Of a DNA stretch of 64,000 nucleotides, positions 53,495 to 64,000 are shown one piece after another. The position numbers were made by a program, and so were the translations under genes. A model generated the notes under the pieces. The model was given only the letters and a program-made list of their open reading frames with translations, had not been told where the DNA came from and searched no databases. Source of the DNA: Octopus sinensis (Eukaryota). Positions within the stretch are counted from its first letter, which is position 1; each line of letters opens with the position of its first letter. The stretch is from the NCBI RefSeq assembly GCF_006345805.1, contig NC_042998.1:63116001-63180000 (forward strand), read 5' to 3'.

Positions 53495-54899
53495 ATATGT
53501 ATATATATACACTGACAAATTGATATAAATTTTAAAAGGAGAGTTCAAATCTTGCCTTCATCAATAATACACTTTAATTTCGATTTTGACGACTCACCAA
53601 GCCAATTCTTATTTGAATCTATCTATCTATCTGTCTGCCAGTGTGTTTATCTGTCTCTGTCTCTCTCTCTCTTTCTCTCTCTCTCAGTCAGTATGTCTAC
53701 CTCTTTGTTTGTCCATCATTCATTCTGAGAAACGGCTACAAATCGCTTAAAAAAAGCCGTGGAACAGAACTCACGGATGCGTTTCATCAGAAACGGACAA
53801 AAGTTAAGCAAGAGATAAAAAGTAACCTCCCCTTGTGAAAGAAAAAGAAAATGGAGGTAAAATTGGTCTGACCCTGGAACGGAACCCGAACTGCCGTACA
53901 TTGCAACACGAAACTTACGTTATGAATAATGTAGAGGAAAATAGCTGCAGTGATGTTTCTGTTCATAATATTGTGAAACAGATAGCAGATGGGAATAAAG
54001 ATAATCAATAGAATATATAACAAGCATTATAGTGATGAGTACATAAAATTGGCGTAGAGGTTTTTTTATTACCTCTCTATATTTTACTTTTCGTTTCTCT
54101 TTTGGGGTTGCGCACATACTAAGATTAAAGTATATTTCTAAACCTTCCGCTTCTTTCATTGCTATGCCGAAAAGCAAGCTGAATACATTTGAATAACATG
54201 TTGGACAGTGAGTAGGTGTGTTTAGTAATGTATAGACATAACAATTCATTCTAAACATTTTATCTACAAATGAGTCAAAAGGGAAAAGTTTCTGGTAATA
54301 AACGGCTTTGTCGTTTCTCTGTGGTGTAACAATTTAACATGTCAAACAAAATTAATAACAGATGCCATCACTGAATTTACCATGCGGAAAATTGAAGTCG
54401 CTAAAAACTTGCACTGAAATGTTTCCTATAGTAACACAGTGATTTATTAATCAATGGAATATTCAAAAAGAATCTGCCATTAGAAGAGTCTTATATATTA
54501 AAAATTGCAGCTGAAAGTAACGAAAATTGTGATTTTATCGGCTTGATTTCTGTACCTCATTTAATATTGACAGTCTATTTTATGTACAGCCGAAAGTGTA
54601 TTAGTTGGTATCATTCTATTTATATATCTATTTGTTTGTGATGATGCTACAAATGGAATTAAAATGGTGTGTGATATCCAGATATTTCATTTAACAATTG
54701 AATTTGGAGGTGACCTCAAGGAAAATTTCACATATATCAGTTAGACTCCCTTACTCGATTCCTGTTACAACAAAGCAATCTTCCTTGTCTAGCACCAATG
54801 TGATATTCACTAGTATAGGTTGAAGTATCATCCTGCTCGAACATTGCAAGGCACGTGCCATAGATATTACCTCTCTCCCCATCCTTTTTCTTTTCTCAG

Positions 54900-54996
54900 T
54901 CTTAAGCCTAAGACGATCTTACATGAGCTGGCACAATTTGCCTCTTCGTGTGGGTAGAAACCAAATCCACACCAAATCATTCCACGGACAATCGAG
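54900..54996 (+). CDS. Candidate internal exon (LSLRRSYMSWHNLPLRVGRNQIHTKSFHGQS)
   Basis: Strong polypyrimidine acceptor (ccccatcctttttcttttctcag), donor GAG|gtaaca, one open frame. No homology recognised. Confidence 0.2.
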
Positions 54997-56689
54997 GTAA
55001 CACATACGTACTTACTTTCATAGGTGTAGTTATTTGTTCAAAGACTGGTTCGTGAGAGCCCACAAGTTCCTAAATAATCCATGGCACGAATTTTGAGATA
55101 GATTACAAAGAATTCTGGTTATCATTCACAGTAATAGTTCTCTCTGTCTCCCATATTTGTATATAAATATGATAAATGGCTAAACCGATCAGTCATTTCC
55201 TTCGCATTATATTAGACGCTTGATAACAAATTTCAGCAAAGTTGAATAAGAAGAAGCGTTGTAGATCAACGGATTCTGTCAAATGTTCAAATGCAGAGTT
55301 CGACAGCATAAGTCTATAGAAGCAAAACAATAATGAAAATGATAATAATTGACTTAATTATCATAGGCGCAAAGCTAGATATCTTTGTGTCTCTGTATTT
55401 ACCCTTCATACAGATGCATTCCTATACATTTATACACATCCACACTCTTTAGGTTAACAACCATATAAACCTGAATTATCTGTTAAATATATATTTTGAA
55501 TATTTTAGAGAAAATTGTTATATTTGATTATATCTATGATCAATCACACGTTAGTGTATTGGTAAGTTAATCATCAGAAACCCGTTTTCAGACATATATA
55601 TACAAAATGATGAAATATTCACAACAAAATTGATATAACTATGGACATTACTTTATCTGTTATCCATTACAACATAAATAACATATATTACAACAGTATC
55701 AGATAGAGCAGTACTAATAGAACACAAACCAATACGACACAGAATCGGATTAAATAAAACTAAGATCTAATGATACTTTCTGTTGGTGTCTTTCAACATG
55801 AATCTAATCCGAATCTATGAGGCAATGACATGAAGTTTTCTGGTCTTCTTTAACGGAGGGTATGTCCTGTGTGAACTGAAATGTTTAATGCAAACTATGA
55901 CTTAATATAGCGGAACAAAACGAACGGCAAAATATTCTGATAAAATATGAATGGAGAACGTAATGAATAACATCTACTGCAAGTACATACGGCTTTCATG
56001 TCACAGATATTAAAACAATTACAGAAACCATTTAATTTGAACTATATATACTACAATATGCGTATTGCGCACAGACACCAGTATAAACTTACACAACGCA
56101 CTGAAACCCAGATTTCCGTTTATCGATTATCATGCAAGACAAAATAGAGAAACCAGTGCAAATACACACACAAATACAATGTATTCTTAGAAATTTCAAC
56201 AAAGAGAGGCAATTGATGTATAATGATAAGAGACATAAAAATGAGTGTATGGAAAGAACGGTTTATGTCTAACCTCTGCCATATTTCATACACTGTATCT
56301 AATTTACATTCGATCGTATCCCATCAACTACCATTGTGAAGTGACAACGGTGTTCCATAACAGTATTATGTATAATCGCTTTGCAAACTTAATACATATA
56401 GAGAGAGCTTATTAGCTGAAGCATCCATAATTTTGAGACAGATTATCAAGTGTTTTGATTAATATTTGCAATCATAGTCATCGTCATAACATCCAATATA
56501 TGTAATATCTGGGGAAAACTAATAAACTTCAGTGCTTTCGATACATGTCTATAAATATAATGAACGGCTTAACTGATCTGGAATGTCTTATGTGTTACAT
56601 TGAACATTTGATAACAAACAACTTTGAATAAGAATGGACGAACATCGCATGACTATAGACACAGGTAAGTTTATTATTCTTAATAGCAG

Positions 56690-56850
56690 TCGTCCGCCTT
56701 TACGTTCTGAGTTCAAACACCATCGAGACCGACTTTGGTTTTCATGATTTCCGGGTCGATAAAATAAGTACCATTTGAGAACTGGGATCGATGTAACCTC
56801 CTTTGTTTTCTCTAAAAGAAAACCGGCAGCCTTGTGCTAAAATTTGTACC
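56690..56850 (+). mobile_element. SINE-B fragment
   Basis: tacgttctgagttcaaacaccatcgagaccgactttggttttcatgatttccgggtcgataaaataagtacc. Confidence 0.75.
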
Positions 56851-57661
56851 ATTATAATGAAGAAACAGAAAAAAAAAAGGGATGCAGATAGAGAAATATA
56901 ACATTGAGGATTACACGCCTTTTCGAGCGACATGAACCAGTCATTTCATCGAATCTGCAAATTATATTTGAAAAACACACACCAACACTGATTTGTCAGA
57001 AACACAATGCAACATTATGCCAGACAAATTAAAATGTTTAATAACAATATGCTTGTAGAATCTAATAAAACTAGATAAGTGCCATCGATCTGTGTGTATG
57101 CATTTAATATTGTTTGTTTCAAAGCACAGTGAGCCTAATCTCTAATATCTGATTATAAAATAGCTGTAATTATCATAACAGTCGTAGGAAAAAATATAAA
57201 CTATTGTGACCGTCATAACAACAACAACAACATGGACAATATCAACAAAAGCAACAAAAGCGACTTCAAATAGCATTATAACAAGAAATCTATTGCCACA
57301 CTAAGACTAATATACGTCACATAAATAACCACGTCAGCTGTCGCTATAGCCGGTAGCGACTGTACAAAACAACAAACCACTGATTGAGTAACTATAAGTA
57401 GAGATGTATTAAAGTTATAAGTTCAGTAATTTCATTTCCGCATATTTAGTGAATGATGATAAGCAATGGCTGTTTCGATTTTGAGCTTTTCTTGTCAAAT
57501 GTATCACTGGTTTATGCAACTAAACACCTTTAGAGTTGTTAACGTTTTATATGGAGATTAAAGCACACTAATAATGCGTGTATATAAAATGTGACCGCGT
57601 GTGTACCGTTGGCGATTTTTTTCCCTCCGTCTTCCCTTTTTGGGATCTTTCCTTTTCCTAT

Positions 57662-57696
57662 GTTTCTGCCGCAGAGCTTCGCTCGAAACGTTAAAC
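57662..57696 (+). ncRNA. Degenerate minimal hammerhead motif in a Penelope-like 3' end
   Basis: GTTT ctgccgc A GAGC ttc GCTC GAAAC GTT AAAC. Stems I-III are intact, but the core has two substitutions relative to CTGACGA. Confidence 0.5.
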
Positions 57697-57793
57697 CCTC
57701 CTTCTTTCCTTCTTTCCTGAGCGTCCAATAATACTATACTTGTTCCACGTCCTCGCGTTGTTGTGTTTTCTCTTTGGGTTTTCATGTTTGGAT

Positions 57794-57831
<38 letters not shown>

Positions 57832-59079
57832 TGCATACAGGCATACGTACATCAATTCGTAAAACACATATATATATATATATATATATATAGTTTATAT
57901 ACGTACAAACACATACACATATACCACATACTATACTTTGAAGGAGAACCAATGACCTCATCTTTCCTCTCGTTTAGAGTCTGTAATTATAAGTTCAGAT
58001 TTACTAACGAGGAACACGAAGTATGATTATTAATGAAAAAATAATTAGATAATTAGAAACGCAAAATTCTAAATTTGAAAAAAATTATCGTACATTATAA
58101 ATTTCTTCACGGTGGACGGAGCAGCATTGGAGGAAATATGGTCTTGTTGCAGGCCTCACCAATACCTGATGTGAATTTAGAACCATAGTTTGAAGAGATG
58201 GACACAATGAAAAACAAAAATATCAAATATGAAATAAATTTTATGATTTCAATGTAATTAGTTTTCTTAATCTCAAATAGGACGTCTGTATTTAGAATTA
58301 TAAATGTGATAGTTGTGTTGTTTTCTGCAAGTTGGTATTGTCTTTGAGTCAAGGAAACAACAGTAAAATGTATAAAAGTATTCTTCTTTTATCCATAACG
58401 TTCATGGTCATGTGAATTCGGTTTGTTTAATTGATACTGAATATTTACGTTCGTTAGTTTTCGAAAAAAAATCTCATTATTTTGATGATGATAAGGAGGG
58501 AAATGACGAAAACTATTGTTATTCTGATATTGCTAATCATATAATCATATGCTTAATTATCTTTAAAACAGTATTATTAACACCGCGTTGCTAACATGCA
58601 TAATAACATGATTATAATTACAGCAAATACGTTATTGTATTGAATAAATATCATTTTATATCATTTCATAACATCTATTTATTTGCTGGCTGTATCTCTG
58701 CTATTAAAAATATGTATTATGAAGTAATTGTTTTTTTGGAAATTTATAAGTGGTTGAGTTTGAGTTAGTTGTTTCAATATAGTGGAATATAATGATCAGA
58801 GACACTGATTATAACACTATTCTACGTATAGAAAAGCAGCCACATCAACAATCCAACATACCACCATCATCAGCTGCCCTACGGATATCATTATGGTTTC
58901 AACACCTGGGCAATATCATTTAATCTGGTGGTGTCAACATCACTAAAATAAGTGTTGTACAAACATACCAAAGAAACCGCAAATTCCAAACACATTTACG
59001 CTATGAACAACAGTGTCGGTAAATAAATTTAATAACTAAATAAACAAACAACTCCTACATAAATAAATAAATAAATATA

Positions 59080-59313
<234 letters not shown>

Positions 59314-61373
59314 GATAGACCATCGATACTTGGAGGCAGTCCTGAGAGCGGCTGGTTTCGGTCCCGTCTTCCGCGGCTGGATAGCTGCCTTGTACAGAGG
59401 CATCCGTTCGGTAATTCGCGTAAATGGACATCTATCGAGACCCTTCGACATTGCACGTTCGGTCCGTCAGGGATGCCCCCTCTCGGCGCTTCTATACGTA
59501 TTGACTCTTAGCCACTACTGCGGAAGCTGGCGACTCTGAGGGGCATCCCGCGAGAATTAGGATGCGGGACGAGTGTCTGCATACGCGGACGACGTCACCG
59601 TCATAGTGTTCAAGCCACGCACAGCACATCGAGCGGGTCGGCGAGACACTGAAAGACTACGAAGCGGTGACAGGAGCAAAAATCAACCGGGAAAAGTCAG
59701 TGGGCTTGCGGCTCGGCACCTGGAGAAGCAAACCCATGCCGTCCACCAGTACCTCCGTCGTGGGACGCTGGACAGACGGCCCGGTTGAGTTGCTCGGGGT
59801 CTGGTTCGGTCCGGACCTCCAAATGGAGAAGAACTGGAACGAGATAACGAGTAGGGTGGTCACTCTCGCCAGCAATGGACCGAGAGGAAACTGTCCCTAA
59901 AAGGTCGGGCGGAGGGGGGTGAACGCGTACATCGCGTCCATCATCTACTACCGCCTGACCGTCGTACCTTGTCCCGACCCTACCATCACCAAACTAGAAC
60001 GCATCCTCTTCCGCTTCTTGTGGAAAGGATGCGTCCCGATGGTCAGGCGATCCATTTGCTGTCAACACCCGTTAAAAGGAGGGCTGGGCTGCCGTGGTTG
60101 ATGATGCGCAGACACGCGCTGAGACTGCGACATCTCCGGCTCTATGTAGACGACGGTGAACAGGTGTGGTCGCCGTTTGTGAGGCACGCATTCCCGCAAC
60201 TCGTCTCCATGACCGAACTACAGTCGTGGATCAAAAAGAGGCCGAAGAAGGGCGAATGGCACCGCGAGTGTCGCGTTGCTCTCAAGCAACTCTGCCGTCC
60301 CGGGTCGACCTTGAGTGACTTCAACACAACCAAAGCATTATAGGGGATTAGTGGAGGGGAGGTACGACGACGAGCTCGGGGCAAACCTGGGCGTCGACGA
60401 GGAATACCTGAGCCCTGTTTCAAACGACTTTCGGCCCGGGACCTATGGACAACTTCCAGAGATCCCTGGCCTGGCGGTGCTACCGAGAAGCGCTACCCGT
60501 TCGGGATAAGCTCATATAGGCATGGCTCGAAAAACACGGGGCCGACCTGCCCGAGATGCGGTCAGAGCGACGAAACCGCTCTGCACGCAATCGTGCAGTG
60601 TCCAGCAATTTCCCACCTGTGGCTTATGTCGAACGACTGCTGTCACGTGTGGGACGTGTCGGTTTATCCGCCGAGTCTATCGTTAAATCGTCACGCATCC
60701 TTCCTTCAAACGGGAAGGAAGAGCTATTTTTATCATACTTGTGGCTATGGCGAAGAAGGTATCTGGTGGACGCGTCTGAAAGGATTAGAGACAAACACTT
60801 TCCTCTCTGGTCAATCTCTCATCAACTTCTTCAAGTATCACTTGAAGAAAAAGTGAGAGTAGAGAGGCAAGTTTTGTCTAGTGAATGTTTTAAAAAAAAA
60901 GATGGGTGAATGTAGCAAGGATGGCACGTATGAATGACGAAGCCACCTTGACTATGATTCTATGAACCGTAAAAATTAATACAGAGAGTTGCTTATTTGC
61001 AAAAAAAAAAAAAGAAATATAACATGTGACTTCATTGACCGAGGTTACCGTGGTCTTTCCGTAGGCTTTTCTTTCCACGGGAAACCTCACCTGTCCTCCC
61101 CTTTACACTTCATATTGACATTTCTGTGATAACGATCCCTATTGATCAATTTTTTTCCTCTCCCCCCTTTTTTTGAACCCCCCCTTTTTCTGTCCTCTTT
61201 CTCTCCTTTTACGATCCCTTTTGATCGACCCCCCCCTTTTTTTATTTTATTTTTTTTTTATTTTATATTATTATTATTATTTTTTATTTTATTTTTTTTA
61301 AACCTTCAAAAGAAAAGCTCTACCTTGTAATTTGTTCTATCTGTGTGCAGCCCTGTGTGGCTAATAAAGAAAC
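59314..61373 (+). mobile_element. 5'-truncated Tx1/L1-clade non-LTR retrotransposon (ORF2 RT, CCHC zinc finger, 3' UTR), frameshifted
   Basis: [15 protein letters not shown]...[13 protein letters not shown]...SAYADDVTV...TGAKINREKS...KLSLKGRA...GGLG...ALPVRDKL...TCPRCGQSDETALHAIVQC. ORF ends near 60965, followed by a T-rich UTR and AATAAAG. GC-rich relative to flanks. Confidence 0.92.
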
Positions 61374-61374
61374 A

Positions 61375-61442
<68 letters not shown>

Positions 61443-61453
61443 CATCTATCTAT

Positions 61454-61538
<85 letters not shown>

Positions 61539-61569
61539 GCTATCTATCTATCTATCTCTATATATCTAT

Positions 61570-61570
<1 letters not shown>
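61375..61570. repeat. (CTAT)n microsatellite, right flank of the Tx1-like LINE
   Basis: Seen directly. Confidence 0.95.
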
Positions 61571-61600
<30 letters not shown>

Positions 61601-61682
61601 TATCTATGTATCTATCTACCTATATATATATATATAGATATATAGATATATGGGCGCATGTGAGTATCTCACTTGTATTCTC

Positions 61683-61753
61683 TCGTAAGCTTAACTGAAG
61701 AAGAACAAACACTTAGTGTTGATTCCGAAATTGATTCAATATTAAGATAACGA
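61683..61753 (+). ncRNA. Type I hammerhead ribozyme (A.C at base of stem II, AUA site, bulged stem I)
   Basis: Stem I CTTAA(61690-61694)/TTAAG(61742-61746), extended by TCGT/ACGA after a 3x3 loop; CTGAAGA 61695-61701; stem II GAA..AACAC/GTGTT..TTC; GAAA 61727-61730; palindromic stem III ATTGA-T-TCAAT; predicted cleavage after A61741. Confidence 0.75.
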
Positions 61754-61869
61754 AATTTAAATGTTCCAAAGGTAGAGTTGCCCGCTTTCAGTTCAACTTT
61801 CTGTATCAAGTAGATTAAACGTGGATTTCAGTATATTGGCTTTAGAAAACTTTCTTTAGCCTTTGCTTA

Positions 61870-61925
<56 letters not shown>

Positions 61926-61948
61926 ATATCCACACATATAAAATTATA

Positions 61949-62012
<64 letters not shown>

Positions 62013-63439
62013 AGTATATATCTTATTCAACATAGGGGTATGTAGATAGAAAATCTCGTATATGAAGCTGGCTTAGGATTGAGAAATAAACACTTTAGAA
62101 TAAGAATATACACCGAAAATCGGCAGTGGTCGTAACGTTTGACAAAATACTTTAACTTCATGGTATTCAATACGACACACTGTGTTCAAATATGGCTAAT
62201 GGTTATCTTTTCCTTTTATCCTCCATGGGTCGATAAAATATGCACCAACAAGAATCGATTGATTGGCGGAACTACAAGACCGTCGAACCGTATTCTTTGC
62301 GCTTTTATTTATAGATCTTTGTCACTGTGTTCACATCCTGCTATAGCCTACTTCAGCGGCTAGTTTAACACTAATCTTGGTTTAAAATCCCCATCAGCGA
62401 GCCCAAGTACGTTTCTGCAAACATTCGGGTCTGGTTTCCCGTTTGAAGATAGCTTATACTCTCCCAGTTGTGTCTTAGACTCTGTAACGGTTCAGGGATA
62501 CTGTATTCATTCTTCATTAAAAGATAAAGTAGGTCTACCGAAGGTAACACTTTCCACACATCAGTTATAAATTCACTAACAAAGTTATATATTTGCTTAG
62601 TACAGTGCTACTAATAATAGCAAGTTGGTATAAATTACGAGTTCACAGGAAAGCTAGCAAGTAATGGCAATAAACGCCTTTGAATAATTCATATAATCTA
62701 TCCATATTTTGACTTCGGCTGCTTCATATTGCATTTTATTTACGGTCGATTAATACCAAGGTAGCACTTCAGTAATCTATAACTTCCCCTCTTACAAAAG
62801 CAAATATACTCTGCATCGGGGAGTTTATTATTGCTGAATGTTTCTGAAGCGGCTTCCTTCCTTAAAAAGAGAGCGGCCTTTTAGTTTGACTAATATATGT
62901 ATGATGTTACTATTAGCTTTGTAATCATTCTCCTCTCAATCTAATAATGAAGCGAAATACAATTATATTGCTCGGATATATCATTCGGTTTTAGCTTAAT
63001 AACTTTTAAAAACATGTTGATATTAATATCGAGTAGATAAAAAGCTTATTTATTTCATAATACCATTAGTAAATATGTCGTATTAAAATGTAATATTATC
63101 AATCTTCACTTAGACCATTTCATAGCTGTTTTAAAAGCAGCCGATTTTATTGGTTACGCTATGAACAGAAAAAATGTTTAATGAATAAAGTCAACTGAAT
63201 AATTTTATTATGAATCTCGCAGCAGATTTCGAGTATATTATTTCGTTATCATAGGGAATTTTCTTTCCGAATGCTGTTTCCACATCTGATCAAGAAAATA
63301 CATAAATCATGAATTCCAACCAAATTTATTGGCCGATTGAACAAGAGGAAGAATGTTGTTCGTTGCATTTATACAAGATCTCGTTTCTGATTTCGGTACA
63401 AGGCAAGCATATATGAGGGAGAAGAGTTAACCCTATTGT

Positions 63440-63570
63440 TCAAGTATTTTATCGACCCCGAAAGGATGAAAAGCTAAGTCGATGGAATTTCAAGTCAGAA
63501 AATGAAGACAGACGAAACACCACTAAGCATTTTGCCCGGCGTACCAATGATTCTGTCAGCTTGCTTTCTT
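63440..63570 (-). mobile_element. SINE-B fragment
   Basis: ttatcgaccccgaaaggatgaaaagctaagtcg...gacagacgaaacaccactaagcattttgcccggcgt. Confidence 0.8.
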
Positions 63571-64000
63571 TAAATTCCAGAAGAAATGTTGCAAAGCGAT
63601 TTTTTGACGATTTGATTATTCTACAAAACCCACCAAACTTGAATTAAAATACAGATTACAATTACAATTTTCTTTTCCTTTCAAAATACTGGCTCCCGAT
63701 ATCATTTTATTGAATCCCCCTACAGAGAAGGGATCCAGTGAAAACAAAATCGTTGATGTATATGAATATTGGTGACGATTTCTAAAACGAAAGAAATATA
63801 GAAACTGTAATTGAAAAATACTTAAAGATAATATAACATATCTTATCTCTTCCCCATATCGAAAAAAAAAAAAAAAAATTCCTAGAAAAGAGGTTCTTCA
63901 CTTGTACAATCTAATAACAAACCAATAGATGCCTTGCTTTTATAAGAATATTTTTTTGAAATGCTTTTGGGAAATACATTGGAAGATATATATTTTTAAA

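Noticed and set aside
53720-53795. Hammerhead-like fragments on both strands
   Set aside because: The + strand core lacks N7 and has GGAAC; the - strand CTGATGA has no downstream GAAA.
62364-62543. 180-nt open frame ending at AAG|gtaaca as an exon
   Set aside because: Weak acceptor, a competing opposite-strand ORF and no homology. Similar unsupported candidates at 5035-5208(-), 8153-8242(+), 30768-31016(-) and 32487-32547(-) were also left uncalled.

Overview
AT-rich, repeat-dense eukaryotic genomic DNA. The composition, dense (TA)n/(CA)n/(CTAT)n microsatellites and recognisable SINE families suggest an octopus (coleoid cephalopod) genome; this is inference. Almost all ORFs in the supplied track are microsatellite artefacts, and no host gene could be identified with confidence (only a few low-confidence candidate exons). 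Recognisable elements are two tRNA-headed SINE families (about 30 copies, including a head-to-tail cluster at 17.0-18.7 kb), a third SINE, decayed LINEs (CR1/L2-like, RTE-like, and a 5'-truncated Tx1/L1-like element inside a (CTAT)n tract), decayed Tc1/mariner transposons, a MITE and three non-autonomous Helitron-like elements. The most striking signal is a set of type I hammerhead ribozyme motifs. Five are well formed (596-702, 5529-5600, 20129-20207, 42962-43039, 61683-61753) and two are degenerate minimal motifs (21265-21300, 57662-57696). All lie on the + strand in short non-coding elements that look unrelated in sequence. The five well-formed motifs share a palindromic stem III and a long stem II, and four have a non-Watson-Crick pair at the base of stem II. 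Three sit in fold-back elements, two of which look like circularly permuted or terminally redundant 450-490 nt monomers. This resembles non-autonomous Penelope-like pseudo-LTR or retrozyme-type elements copied from a circular or multimeric RNA. Structures were paired by eye, not computed.
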